This document shows, in pieces, positions 18,734 to 29,250 of a DNA stretch of 64,000 bases. The DNA comes from a virus, in the IMG/VR virus record IMGVR_UViG_3300031087_000014; one strand, written 5' to 3'. Below the pieces are notes generated by a model. The model saw nothing but the letters and a program-made list of their open reading frames with translations. It searched no databases and was not told the origin of the DNA. Within the stretch, counting starts at the first letter, position 1; every line of letters starts with the position of its first letter. A program made the translations under genes and the position numbers.

Positions 18734-21301
18734 TTTCCAGGCAATCGTACCGCCTGCGGCAATCCATCTGATACCATCGCTCCACATAAGCTGGTTTGGA
18801 GGTGACAGAATGGTATCTGTACACACCACCATACCGTATACGTTGGCTGATGGAGAAGGCATTGTTGCTACCGTGTAACGTGGGATACGCAGTGAAGACG
18901 TTAGCGGGTTTAGTGCTACGTTCAACTGAGATCCGTTTACATAGATAGGCAGGAAGGTAGAAGCAGAATCTGCAACTGTTGTTCCGTGGTATTGAAGCAT
19001 ACCTGCATCCAGATCCATACCAAAACCGTGACCGTTGTAATCACCTTTGTTGATAGACCATCTTGCAGCAGCAGTCACCAAGTTGGTTTTTGCGTTAAGT
19101 TCGGCTTCTGAGATTTCCTCACCAGACCACACAGTATATGCTGGAGTACCACTTGCGATACGTACTGTACCGTTCATCGTGATAAACACGTTACAATGCT
19201 GTGCGTATGCGGCTAACTGCACATACAGGCGAATACTCTGCCAAGTGTGTACATATTTAACTGCAATAACTGGACAACCATCTGTCCCTGACCAGTGCAA
19301 CTGACCAGCAGTACTGCTTGAACTATTTGGATATTTCAGTTCATACCAAATGTTAGCTTCACCACCACCAAAGGCTGTGTGACCTGGTACTTTAGGCCCA
19401 TCACTAACTGAATCCCATCCACGCATACCTGTTACTTTGATATGAGCAGTTCTGTTCAGACCTTGAAGAACAATTCTTCCACAGTCAAACCAAGTGGCTG
19501 CGCTGTTTCCATTGTCCAGCATCTGTTCAGAGTAGGTGAATCTTGCGGCTAATGGTGAGTCGAAGAAGTTACCTAACAGATTGATACGCACATTACCTTG
19601 GTCATAGGCGTTACCTACCCAAGAAGGAATGTTACCGCTACCACCGTTAACTAAATCCATATCCTTAGTGTAACCAGATAGGGTATCATCCATTGTCGCA
19701 CCTTGTGCGAAACGACAGTTGATCTGAATGATCTTAGCATACTGAGTTTTAGCTGGGTAAGTACTGTTCTCCATAATCACAGTATCAAGCAGCCAACCAC
19801 CTTGAGAGATATCAAAGGTGTAGGCATTGTTACTGAACCAAGTATTACGCATAATACATTGACCAGCACGGATTGCTGTGATAGCCTCAATATTCTTCCC
19901 GCTGGAGAAGTTTGAGTTTGAGATTTCAATAGCCGTTGAGTGATCCCACGCACCTGTTTTTGTGTTTGTCCATCCGGCACGAAGGAATCCACCAGCAATG
20001 CTGTAGCAATAGATCTGCTCGAATGCTGTGTCAATCGTATCTAATAGATCAAATACCATACCACCAGTGCTGTTACAACGAATGTTCTTAACACGGTAGT
20101 ACTGACCTGCTGGACACAGGTTCTTAAAGAATGGCGTGGTTGTTCCGGCACCCTGTAGGTGCAAACCAGTTACCTCGGTACGACGAGCATTCACTTGGAA
20201 TACAGGTGTAGTAGAAGTTTTATCCAGGAAGAATACCTGAACTTTAGGGTTTACCCCGTAATCAACGGCTGGGCCTTTGATAGAGAAAATTGGTTGTTCT
20301 GTAGATTTACTTTCATCGAAAGTACTTCTCAGTGCGATCTTACCTGCTGGCAGACGAATACCGATAGCATTTGCTGTACCCAGGTTACGTGTCCCGATAT
20401 ACATTCTTTTACAAGCAGGCATATCGTCAGTAGTACCATCCATAAGAGCACCATAGTGCGTTACGAGCAGTTGTTCTGGCTCCAAGTCACGTTTCCAGCG
20501 TTTGCCACCTGCGGTTACAACGTAGTAGCCTGCGTCATCTACCGAAGTAGTGTCATTGGCGTTGTAAATGAAGTAACCTTGTCCACGTCCCGTATTTGAT
20601 GCATACTCTCTCAACCAAACACGTTGGCCTTGAACAGTTGGCTCAATAGTACGAAGATCTGCAATATTAGCAGCGCTGCCGATGTACTTCTCACCGTCTT
20701 TAGCAGAGAAAAGATCGTATGAGTTTGCTTCACCCAGCTTTAGCCAAATACCCGTAGGGTTTGATGCTGACCAAATACCACTCTGATCTGATTCAGGGGA
20801 ATCTGCGGTAGTTACGTAAGGGATAGCTGTACCGATGTAGGTATATGAGCTATCGATTCCTCTGTCATTGGTTTTGTAGTAGATACGTCCATATGCAGAG
20901 ATCTCTCTATCCTTTGCAAAAGGAAGAGGTTTAATATTTGCTGTAGCAGTGTACAGGACGAAGTTAGGATCGCCAATAGGCGTAGTTCCCAATGTCACTG
21001 GATTGGTTGCAGTAGCTGATGGAGCGTAGTATAATCCAGATACACGGTCATTTAAAGACGTGAAGTAGTAAAGCTGGTTGAATACTACAGCAGTGTTACC
21101 CTCTGCCCAGGCAATAGGGGAACGGAAATAGAAGTTGTTAACCAACGCATATCTCAGCGATGGAATATCACCGTCTTCACTTTCTACTGTTGACGTTGCA
21201 TCGCCGTTAATAACGTTGTGCAGTTGGTTTGCAGAGAAAATAGCAAGCTCAACGGCTTGCTCAAAGGTAGTTGACGGATATGTTGGGAAGCTAGTAGCCA
21301 T
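18731..21301 (-). CDS. tailspike/depolymerase-like receptor-binding protein
   Basis: phage anchor N-terminus, LRTIEP..GQRV.L domain, VTHYGA..DG..DD beta-helix entry; in the tail module. Confidence 0.75.
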   Translation of the reverse strand: MATSFPTYPSTTFEQAVELAIFSANQLHNVINGDATSTVESEDGDIPSLRYALVNNFYFRSPIAWAEGNTAVVFNQLYYFTSLNDRVSGLYYAPSATATNPVTLGTTPIGDPNFVLYTATANIKPLPFAKDREISAYGRIYYKTNDRGIDSSYTYIGTAIPYVTTADSPESDQSGIWSASNPTGIWLKLGEANSYDLFSAKDGEKYIGSAANIADLRTIEPTVQGQRVWLREYASNTGRGQGYFIYNANDTTSVDDAGYYVVTAGGKRWKRDLEPEQLLVTHYGALMDGTTDDMPACKRMYIGTRNLGTANAIGIRLPAGKIALRSTFDESKSTEQPIFSIKGPAVDYGVNPKVQVFFLDKTSTTPVFQVNARRTEVTGLHLQGAGTTTPFFKNLCPAGQYYRVKNIRCNSTGGMVFDLLDTIDTAFEQIYCYSIAGGFLRAGWTNTKTGAWDHSTAIEISNSNFSSGKNIEAITAIRAGQCIMRNTWFSNNAYTFDISQGGWLLDTVIMENSTYPAKTQYAKIIQINCRFAQGATMDDTLSGYTKDMDLVNGGSGNIPSWVGNAYDQGNVRINLLGNFFDSPLAARFTYSEQMLDNGNSAATWFDCGRIVLQGLNRTAHIKVTGMRGWDSVSDGPKVPGHTAFGGGEANIWYELKYPNSSSSTAGQLHWSGTDGCPVIAVKYVHTWQSIRLYVQLAAYAQHCNVFITMNGTVRIASGTPAYTVWSGEEISEAELNAKTNLVTAAARWSINKGDYNGHGFGMDLDAGMLQYHGTTVADSASTFLPIYVNGSQLNVALNPLTSSLRIPRYTVATMPSPSANVYGMVVCTDTILSPPNQLMWSDGIRWIAAGGTIAWK

Positions 21302-21639
21302 TAATTATCCTTAGTACGTTGACGCTTATAAACTTCTTCAAGCATAAGTTTGATTGGAGCATTCTTAAGATCCATAATCTTCTCGATTTTTTGCTCCAAT
21401 GTCGTGTTGTTGTTCATCAAGGTTGAGTTGATCTGGTTTAGCATTTGAGTTAACTCAGCTTTGGTAGCATAAGTTGATTCGACAAACACAACTTTCTTTT
21501 CTAACTCTCTGTATGAATCTTGGGCCTGTTCGATATCTTCTTCAAGCTTATCGATTTTCTGTTTAAAGAAAGCCCCGATAATCCCTACGAGAGGAATTAT
21601 TGCGTCTTTTGCAATGCCCCAAATGTCGCTCCAGTTCAT
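21301..21639 (-). CDS. membrane-anchored coiled-coil protein (holin/antiholin candidate)
   Basis: single N-terminal hydrophobic segment followed by a coiled coil. Confidence 0.5.
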   Translation of the reverse strand: MNWSDIWGIAKDAIIPLVGIIGAFFKQKIDKLEEDIEQAQDSYRELEKKVVFVESTYATKAELTQMLNQINSTLMNNNTTLEQKIEKIMDLKNAPIKLMLEEVYKRQRTKDN

Positions 21640-21649
21640 TACAATCTCC

Positions 21650-22078
21650 TTATGAAATATCTACAATCTGTCTCTTAAGAGATGTAATCTCTTGGTCAAC
21701 TGAGGAATCCCCTAACTCCTTCTTAATCTCAGCTACCTTGAGTTGCTTAAGTAACTTATCTAAAGATGGTTTAGGGATGAAGGGTGAAAATGTTTTTGTC
21801 TCAGGGTGGTATGTGTATAAATAGCTTACGTCTCCCATATCATCTACTTGGATGATGTTTCCACCAATTACAGGAAATAAAGCAATTGGGTCTTTCCCAA
21901 AACTTCTGACAATGTTATTCTTGCATAACATAATTGTGTATTTATCTTTTGATAATGTGGGAGCTAACTCGTAATAGTCATTTCCTGCATCATCTTTAAC
22001 AAACATAATGTTATTGTTTTCCTTTAAACCCCTTAAAAAGGGGTCTATAGGGGTATATAACTGGAAGTTAGTATACAT
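21650..22078 (-). CDS. tail fibre assembly protein
   Basis: follows the fibre gene; FVKDDAGNDYY motif typical of fibre chaperones. Confidence 0.65.
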   Translation of the reverse strand: MYTNFQLYTPIDPFLRGLKENNNIMFVKDDAGNDYYELAPTLSKDKYTIMLCKNNIVRSFGKDPIALFPVIGGNIIQVDDMGDVSYLYTYHPETKTFSPFIPKPSLDKLLKQLKVAEIKKELGDSSVDQEITSLKRQIVDIS

Positions 22079-22081
22079 AGA

Positions 22082-23026
22082 TTATCCGTAGTTGGCTGTA
22101 AACCAGTTTCCGTTGATTTGATACTGTAGCTGTCTACCTAAGTAGTAACCGTTTGAAGCACCAAAGTCTCCACCTGTTGTAACAACATAGCCGTTAGCAT
22201 ACTCGTATGCATCACCACCTACTTCCCATCCTGCTCTGTTGACAAGACGAATATTGGTGATGTATGTTCTCGCAACATCTGTTCTCAACTGATTGATAGC
22301 AGCAGATAGGTTGTTTACATTACTGTTGATAGAGTTTGACAGGTTAGAGTTAACTGTGTTAATACTATTCTGCAAGTTAGAAACGTTAGCACTGAATGTA
22401 TCGTAACGAACTAAAGCAGAACCTGTAGTTTCCTGTCCACTAGCGCTACGAGGAGCCGTAAGAGTAATATAGCCGGACTGTAGGTAGATAGAAGAAACTA
22501 CAGCACCGTTTACAGGGTTTTTACTAAGGATGAATACTGCTCCGGCTGCGCCAGGCGCGGCACTCATTTCACCAAACTCAACTCCGCTAGGATCTACTAA
22601 GAACAAGCTTGCGCTGTCTGAGGAGTTTGTTGCGTACGAGTATAGATCTCCCCCACGAATTGACTGATCTGAGTTACGTCTGACAAGTGTGTTAGCGCTA
22701 GAAGCTGTGCTAGAGGCAGCTACAGTAGTCGTGATTGATAACTCATTAGTGCCGGAGAATGTTGCAGTACCCGTAACTTCACCCGCAAGTGTAATTTTGG
22801 TATTATCGTTTCTTAATCCTACGGGAATAAGTTCGGAATCGAAGTATTTGATCCAGAGATAAATATTATTCATCATCCAGTTCATTTCTTCTGCCGAAGG
22901 AATTTGACCTTTATCCCAACCAATGTTTCTTAGGGTTGTCTTTGGTCTTTCCTTATTTGGTTCGCCTGTGGCTGGTAGATTTTGATCTACAGCAGACCAG
23001 ATAGGGTAATAAGTTGGTGCAGCCAT
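22082..23026 (-). CDS. tail fibre protein
   Basis: GW..GQIPSAEEMNW N-terminus, ANTLVRRN repeat, RQLQYQINGNW C-terminus. Confidence 0.8.
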   Translation of the reverse strand: MAAPTYYPIWSAVDQNLPATGEPNKERPKTTLRNIGWDKGQIPSAEEMNWMMNNIYLWIKYFDSELIPVGLRNDNTKITLAGEVTGTATFSGTNELSITTTVAASSTASSANTLVRRNSDQSIRGGDLYSYATNSSDSASLFLVDPSGVEFGEMSAAPGAAGAVFILSKNPVNGAVVSSIYLQSGYITLTAPRSASGQETTGSALVRYDTFSANVSNLQNSINTVNSNLSNSINSNVNNLSAAINQLRTDVARTYITNIRLVNRAGWEVGGDAYEYANGYVVTTGGDFGASNGYYLGRQLQYQINGNWFTANYG

Positions 23027-23035
23027 TTAAAATCC

Positions 23036-23683
23036 TCACTTAGTGGCGGCTAACAGGGAAGCTAATCTCCCCCCGTAACCTGCGGCATAATCTTTACTTT
23101 GGCTATCTGTTAAAGATCCAAAACCGTTATCACCGTCTGGACTAACATCTGTGTCATCGTAAATGCTACCGAAGATAAAAGGTGTACCACCCTTACTTAA
23201 TAGTCTGTAAGAAGATACAACAGGGAATAGCTTTTCTAATTCTTCTACTGCAACTGACTCATTTAAACAGCTACTATAGAATGCAATATCAAAGGACTTT
23301 TGTAAGCCTACGTAGGTATTTACCTCGGTCGATTCTAATCCCGTAAAACGAGAGAATACTTCGATAATGTTAGGTCGGCTACCTGCCGAAGTGACTCGGT
23401 ATGCACGGATTTGTAAGACAGCACGGTATTCATCGTCATTAGAGTCCTGTCTGTCTACGCCTAACTGTTTTCCAAGTTCATCAAGGTAAGCACCTGTTGC
23501 AGTGCTGATAAGTCTATATTTGGCTAGATAGATCATTGCCTGATCTATCTTCGCCTTTGACTCTGAGATTACGTAAGTTAACTTGACAATATTCTCAGAA
23601 GACTTAAAATCCTCGATAAGTAAATCTTTAACGTCAGCTACAATGTCCGTCCACAGAGTTACGTGGTCAACATTGGTAGTCAT
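23036..23683 (-). CDS. baseplate wedge subunit
   Basis: ATGAYLDELG..LGV.R...DDEYR motif next to the J-like gene. Confidence 0.75.
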   Translation of the reverse strand: MTTNVDHVTLWTDIVADVKDLLIEDFKSSENIVKLTYVISESKAKIDQAMIYLAKYRLISTATGAYLDELGKQLGVDRQDSNDDEYRAVLQIRAYRVTSAGSRPNIIEVFSRFTGLESTEVNTYVGLQKSFDIAFYSSCLNESVAVEELEKLFPVVSSYRLLSKGGTPFIFGSIYDDTDVSPDGDNGFGSLTDSQSKDYAAGYGGRLASLLAATK

Positions 23684-23685
23684 TT

Positions 23686-25170
23686 TTAGTCCTTATATTC
23701 GTAAGAGATGTTACTTGTGTCGAACGATGGTACAACACTGTAAGCAGGTTCGATATCCCCGTTACTGTAACTTCCATCATCTTCACTACTTAGTTTAACA
23801 TAAACAGCAAGGTAAGTCAAGCGTCCAAAGTCTAGGGCATTGTAAATAACACCTTTCATCTGATCGTTGGTTACTTTACTACCAATCTCAAAATAAGCTT
23901 CCAGGTCTTTCAATGCTGTGGTAATATTAGCTTTCTCAGTAGTAGTTAACACTTTACCAGAGGTTGTAGTGTAAACAAGCTTAACAGAGTACTCTCTAGT
24001 GCTACCAGGCGTGAACTTGATGATCTCCGTTCCACCATCTTCTGTGGTGATAGTCGTTGCGACAGTACCATAGGTCAGAGTGTTAATTGGTTTCTTCTCG
24101 TAGATAGTTCTGGCTACCGTTTCTGCATCTCCACCATACACAATTGTGTTGAAGGTGAATGCTGGTGCATAATCCTGATCTACAGAAGTTGGGTTGTCGT
24201 ACACCCTTACCTTAGTAACACCAGGCACGTTTAGCAGTGCTGAGATAATAGCAGGTCTTGTTGCAGCGTTTGCTTCGTCTTGGTTATCGTTGAAACGAGA
24301 ACGGAATTCAGCATCGGTTTCTACATCTGTTCCTGAACTGAAAGGAGAGAAGTTACCTGTGGCAGAGTATCCTGTGAAGGTAGAAGAAATACCTGTAATA
24401 CTCCCTGTACTAACTGGATTGTATCCCTTCTCAGATGCTGATACCGGAATCAGGCTCCACTTCGTACCTACGCTTACAGAAGCATAAAACTTAGTTGCTG
24501 TTGACAAGCCTACTGGATTAGAGTAGTCTGAGCTATTGAATCCAACATACAGTGTGCTGTCTTTTGTGCTCACCAAGTTTTTATCGGCAGAGGTAACGTT
24601 CCCTTGAATAAAGGTAACTAGATCTGTCATAAATGTGTTTGATGAAGTAGTTAGTGTTGTAGAGTTCAAACCACCATCAAGCGTGTTCTGCATATAGAAT
24701 GTGATCTGTTCTGCTGCGCTTGTTGCCTGGGCCTTTGTCAATGTGTAGGCTGCAACGGAAGCGTTTAGCAAAGTCTTTGAAGAGACATAGTAAGACAGGT
24801 CATTATCTGCTGTGAAATATGTATCTGTGTCCAGAGAAGCAGTCCATAGGGCTTTACTTGTAGACTTAACGTATACAAATCCACTACCAGCGGTTGCTGA
24901 TTGACGGGTTAACCCCCTCTTAGCAAACAGATCATCCAAATATGTACCTTCGGCTCCGTTCAGAGTTTGGGTGTTGTAAACACCTTGCATTCCTTCCCAA
25001 AGGGTGTAATCTGTGTATGCAATGATGCGGAACAGTTGTCCAAAGACAGTATCTTCGGATGTTGCTACATCGCTACCGAAAGTATTCTGCAATGCGGTAA
25101 CGTAACGATCTAAAATATTATCGAACGTAGGAATTACAAATCCTGCGTCTGTTAAGCCATAATCTGCCAT
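23686..25170 (-). CDS. baseplate J-like protein
   Basis: YGLT..GF, AEG.YLD, GTDVETDAEFRSR, V.GV motifs. Confidence 0.85.
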   Translation of the reverse strand: MADYGLTDAGFVIPTFDNILDRYVTALQNTFGSDVATSEDTVFGQLFRIIAYTDYTLWEGMQGVYNTQTLNGAEGTYLDDLFAKRGLTRQSATAGSGFVYVKSTSKALWTASLDTDTYFTADNDLSYYVSSKTLLNASVAAYTLTKAQATSAAEQITFYMQNTLDGGLNSTTLTTSSNTFMTDLVTFIQGNVTSADKNLVSTKDSTLYVGFNSSDYSNPVGLSTATKFYASVSVGTKWSLIPVSASEKGYNPVSTGSITGISSTFTGYSATGNFSPFSSGTDVETDAEFRSRFNDNQDEANAATRPAIISALLNVPGVTKVRVYDNPTSVDQDYAPAFTFNTIVYGGDAETVARTIYEKKPINTLTYGTVATTITTEDGGTEIIKFTPGSTREYSVKLVYTTTSGKVLTTTEKANITTALKDLEAYFEIGSKVTNDQMKGVIYNALDFGRLTYLAVYVKLSSEDDGSYSNGDIEPAYSVVPSFDTSNISYEYKD

Positions 25171-25412
25171 TAATCTTCTCCTTTAGAAGGTGACACTCTA
25201 CCCCAGCGTAGATCAACAAGGTTTCTCATAAGTCTCGATGGAGTAATCATAAATACGTAAGTCCATCCCATCCATTCAGGAATGTCCTTCTTGATGCCCA
25301 GATAAATAAACATTCCTGTCATTACAGAAAGTCCGATGAAGTTCCAGACCTTTGTACTGCTGACTTTATTTCCTGGGTAGGTACAAAACATACCAATTAA
25401 AAACTTTCTCAT
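25170..25412 (-). CDS. two-TM membrane protein (holin candidate)
   Basis: two hydrophobic helices and a charged C-terminus; promoter TTGACT-17 bp-TATCAT at 25427-25455. Confidence 0.5.
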   Translation of the reverse strand: MRKFLIGMFCTYPGNKVSSTKVWNFIGLSVMTGMFIYLGIKKDIPEWMGWTYVFMITPSRLMRNLVDLRWGRVSPSKGED

Positions 25413-25458
25413 TATTGTCAACCTGTATGATAACATCCTTGTCCTAAAAAGTCAATCC

Positions 25459-26400
25459 TTATGTTGTAGGTACTAATGTCCCTGTCGGAGTATATGCAGC
25501 TTTCCAGCGGAAAGGTGAGGTGGACTCTGCTACAGAGCTTCCTCCAAATGCCAATGTTCTCACTGAGAATCCTGTAGTAGTAACACTATCTGTTACCAGA
25601 GAGACAGCAGTAAGATTTGTTGTGTCTGAGGTTGTTTCTGGTGTAAGCTGGATATCCACAGGGGCTGTAGAAAACTCTCTACTGAATGTTACATCTGTCA
25701 GTCCAGAAGTAGGTACTACTCTTCCCCAAGCAGTCATAGCACCGCTTTTGTAGATCTGGAATCCTTCTGTATCTGTGATCTTGTACTCCGCCAACTCGCC
25801 TACCTCTACAAGACGATCCTGAATAGCTGTTACACTGTCGGTTACAGTTGAGATGTTACCGTTTGCTGTACTCAGACCAGATTCTAGAGTGCTAATTCTA
25901 ACTACTGCGGCTGCTACGTCACTATTGGTTGTATCTGTCTTGGAAGTAAGGTCGGATACGTTACTCTTGATATCAACGATATCAGATTGTTGCTGTACGC
26001 TTGCATCTGATAATGTCGTGACGGAAGATTCTACACTATCAACACGACTCATTAGGTTGCTAAGTGAGCTTGAGGTTGAAGACGTGCTAGCTTTTAGTGT
26101 GCTGATATCTGTCTCGTTAGTCTTTACTCGGGTAGCGAGAGCGCTAAGACTGTCTGTGAGAGTTTTATCTGCACTCTGTAGTGCTGTGATAGCCGCCTGT
26201 ACTGTCGTCCCTGCGGTTGTGCCAATGAGTCCTGCCCCGGCGTTTACACTATAATCTGTCAGCTTGGCTAGCTTAAGGTTAGTGATCATATAACCGATAG
26301 ATGTTTTTGTTGTTCTATCTGTCTTTTCTACCAGGAGGTAATCTGAATCGGCTAGATTTCCTGACTCCGGTAGCTGTGAAATTCTTACTGATGAAGCCAT
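25459..26400 (-). CDS. coiled-coil tail fibre-like protein
   Basis: VRISQLP N-terminus, heptad Ser/Thr-rich stalk, AWG...VTFSREF...FRWKA C-domain. Confidence 0.7.
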   Translation of the reverse strand: MASSVRISQLPESGNLADSDYLLVEKTDRTTKTSIGYMITNLKLAKLTDYSVNAGAGLIGTTAGTTVQAAITALQSADKTLTDSLSALATRVKTNETDISTLKASTSSTSSSLSNLMSRVDSVESSVTTLSDASVQQQSDIVDIKSNVSDLTSKTDTTNSDVAAAVVRISTLESGLSTANGNISTVTDSVTAIQDRLVEVGELAEYKITDTEGFQIYKSGAMTAWGRVVPTSGLTDVTFSREFSTAPVDIQLTPETTSDTTNLTAVSLVTDSVTTTGFSVRTLAFGGSSVAESTSPFRWKAAYTPTGTLVPTT

Positions 26401-26439
26401 TATAGGTTCCTTTTAAAATAAGGGGGAAGCCCCCTTTTA

Positions 26440-27057
26440 TTAATTTGTGATTTCCAAGTTTGCGCCGCTGCTTGTAAGCAACACTTGACCTTGTTCGTCA
26501 GTGACGTATACAATCTCAGTAATCTCTGATCCAGACCATTCATTCCACCACGTAGCGTAAGTGTTGAAAGGTAGACCGTCGATGTTCTCGAAGTAATACA
26601 GTTCGCCTGCGAATGGCTCCAGCGTGTACTTAGAACAAGTAACTGTTGATTCTGTGCTAGGAGTTGGGTAATAATATTCGTCAGAAGGACGTGTACTAAA
26701 CGTGGTTGAAACCACTTCCTCTGCCACCTGAACAGATGCCTGGATACTATAGTATCTGTTGTCTCTGTCAAATGAAGATGTATAACTAACAATAGAATCC
26801 ACATAGTCATTATCAGCCAAGGCTGCTAAGAAGATCTTGTCTACTGACTCTTTCTTCCTCGCAACGCCAATAATTTGTTGAATATATGGAATACCGAAGT
26901 TTGTATTCAGAAACCATTCACCCTGAAATGTATTCAAGGTGATACTCAGCGTCTGCATACACATCTCGGATCTTTTGGTAGTTAGTACTAAATCACCTGT
27001 ATCTCCAATCGTGATATCGTTGGAAGTATCCAACTTCAAATCAAAGGCAATCCCCAT
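26440..27057 (-). CDS. baseplate wedge/sheath initiator protein
   Basis: TFQGEWFLNTNFGIPY motif. Confidence 0.7.
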   Translation of the reverse strand: MGIAFDLKLDTSNDITIGDTGDLVLTTKRSEMCMQTLSITLNTFQGEWFLNTNFGIPYIQQIIGVARKKESVDKIFLAALADNDYVDSIVSYTSSFDRDNRYYSIQASVQVAEEVVSTTFSTRPSDEYYYPTPSTESTVTCSKYTLEPFAGELYYFENIDGLPFNTYATWWNEWSGSEITEIVYVTDEQGQVLLTSSGANLEITN

Positions 27058-27063
27058 TGATGA

Positions 27064-27795
27064 TTATCCTTTTGCTGTGCTAGTATTAACCGTGCTACTA
27101 CCCGTCTGTACTCCTACTACGGGGTGAGTATGCGTATTCAGACCGATACCGTTGCTATCTTTGATGTTACCTGACGAATCAATTGTTAGTCCATTGATAT
27201 TGACAGTGCCACCTTTGAATGTTAAGTTACCTCCAGTAAGAGATAAAGTTCCGGTTCCGTCTGTAAGCTGAATGCTAGATGTTGTCAGCTTGACAGACAT
27301 TCCTTGAGCATTCTTTGCTTCAATCTCACCATCTGGTGACAATGAAACGTAAGTCTGTTTGTTGTTGCTGATAACAACCTTATCTGGATCAAGAGCCTCA
27401 GAAGAGTCTCCTCCCATCGTAATCTTGGGAATGAATGCAATAGGATAAAGTCCACACGGTTGATTTAGTGTAGCGCTTGAAGCAGTACTACCGTCTGTCT
27501 GCAATGCGTTTGATGCATCCCTTTCAGAAAAGATTAGTACTCCGAGATCTCCGCTTTTAGTTGGAAATGAAATTCTTCCTGTCCCTCCTCCATTAACTGC
27601 CATTGGCACGTCATAGAATGTCGGATAGTTGATTTCATTGTCAGAATCTTTTGTGTTCTTGACAACAGATTCCAATACCACTGTTTTTGCATCGTAGTCC
27701 ACCCCTGTGACACGCACAGGGAGAGATGTATGCACTTCTGAGATCTGGTTCTTAATCAAGCCACGAAGCGCTGTGACAATGTTTAAGGAATCCAT
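27064..27795 (-). CDS. baseplate central spike
   Basis: HTSLPVRV, ISFP...GD.G...FSERD and C-terminal HTH (HxH) iron motif. Confidence 0.85.
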   Translation of the reverse strand: MDSLNIVTALRGLIKNQISEVHTSLPVRVTGVDYDAKTVVLESVVKNTKDSDNEINYPTFYDVPMAVNGGGTGRISFPTKSGDLGVLIFSERDASNALQTDGSTASSATLNQPCGLYPIAFIPKITMGGDSSEALDPDKVVISNNKQTYVSLSPDGEIEAKNAQGMSVKLTTSSIQLTDGTGTLSLTGGNLTFKGGTVNINGLTIDSSGNIKDSNGIGLNTHTHPVVGVQTGSSTVNTSTAKG

Positions 27796-27797
27796 TA

Positions 27798-28814
27798 TTA
27801 CTCCGTCTTAACTGTTTTGCTGATAATACCGGAAACAGAAACTGCTTCAACCTCAGAGATCCAATCCTTCCCTTCATAGTCTCCAGTATGCGTCACAGTG
27901 ACCACTTTAAAGTAACCGTCATAGGCTCTTGACTTGAGGTACACTGTTTTCTCTGGTAGAATGTTCCCATTAATCTGACACTTGAATGTTACACCATCGG
28001 TAGGCTTTTTGGCTTTCTTGGATGTGCTTTTGGTAACTTTCTTAGCAGGTTTAATATCGTTGTGGAATGGTTGTGGGCTTCCAATCAAACCCGTTTCAGG
28101 ACTGATGTAAGCACTTCTCTTTTCTTGTCTCTGGGATCTAGGTGTGATATAAACTGATCCGTCTTGGATGGAGACGTTATGATCGATACTTTTACACAGT
28201 CCTTCTAAGTACTCAGAAGAGTTTCCGCACATATGACTAGCACTTGAAATTGCTGCGTCACTGTCAATACTCAAGTTACCTGAGTTAGTACCGAGGTCTC
28301 CGGCGATATCTTTAATCACCTTAGAGATCTTTGTTCCTTTAGGATAACTTCTGCTAGTATTTGCCAAGGAGATATTAATACCTCCATCTACGCAATGCAG
28401 TTCTGTTAACCTATCAGTTCCTTTCCAAACATCACTAACCCACTGCACTGTTCCGATGAAAATAAGGACTTCTTCTTGTCCCTGATATCCAACCGCGAGT
28501 GCTACTGCCAAGTTGTTACGGATGCTGTTGTTGATGTAGTTTACTGTGTCATCAGATAGGTTGTAAATAACGATTGATCCTTTGTTTGGATCTTTGTTAT
28601 TATCTTTCTTGATGCTGAAAGTAATCTGATGTTCTGTTAATAGCTTCATTGTCCCGCTGGACTTTTTAGTAGAAGCTAGTTTTGTGTCCAAGTCAATCTT
28701 AGAAGTAAACGTACCGTTGGCGTTAGTCTTCTTTGACGTATCCGTTGCCTGACCAATCAGAAGTTTGTAACTGTGATTAAAGTTAGGCACAGAGTTAGTT
28801 TGAATATCTGGCAT
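27798..28814 (-). CDS. baseplate hub protein
   Basis: IYNLS, VGY, DGG, SIQDG, TGLIGSP motifs. Confidence 0.8.
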   Translation of the reverse strand: MPDIQTNSVPNFNHSYKLLIGQATDTSKKTNANGTFTSKIDLDTKLASTKKSSGTMKLLTEHQITFSIKKDNNKDPNKGSIVIYNLSDDTVNYINNSIRNNLAVALAVGYQGQEEVLIFIGTVQWVSDVWKGTDRLTELHCVDGGINISLANTSRSYPKGTKISKVIKDIAGDLGTNSGNLSIDSDAAISSASHMCGNSSEYLEGLCKSIDHNVSIQDGSVYITPRSQRQEKRSAYISPETGLIGSPQPFHNDIKPAKKVTKSTSKKAKKPTDGVTFKCQINGNILPEKTVYLKSRAYDGYFKVVTVTHTGDYEGKDWISEVEAVSVSGIISKTVKTE

Positions 28815-29248
28815 TAGTCTTGATCCTGTACTGCGTCAACGTACATAAGACAATATCTTTTATCAATACCTGTACTGTAAAAGTCTGGTCTACCGTTGAT
28901 CTTTACTGTGTCCACCATATAGAGTTGACCATCTGGTACTCCCTCTAAGTATTTGTAAGGAGCAAGAAGATCTAATCCGTTTGTCGCTTTAAAGGTAATT
29001 ACAGCTTCGTCACCAGAAGGCCCGAAGAATAACTGCCAAGATTCATCTCGTGTATTCCATCGGATTCTGATATCGTAATCCACACCATCAAGCGTTACTG
29101 TGTAAGTGTGATCTGTGTGTTGAAGTGTCTGTAATGCCCAAGCAGTATATCCTGTGTCAGAGTCAATGAATACTCTATCGTATCCTTTGTTCCCTGTGTC
29201 GTTCCTGGTTGTTTCAGCGAACGTTGTGATGTTATTTGTTACTGCCAT
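28814..29248 (-). CDS. baseplate/virion structural protein
   Basis: VTLDGVDYDIRIRWNTRDESW; position in module. Confidence 0.7.
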   Translation of the reverse strand: MAVTNNITTFAETTRNDTGNKGYDRVFIDSDTGYTAWALQTLQHTDHTYTVTLDGVDYDIRIRWNTRDESWQLFFGPSGDEAVITFKATNGLDLLAPYKYLEGVPDGQLYMVDTVKINGRPDFYSTGIDKRYCLMYVDAVQDQD

Positions 29249-29250
29249 TA

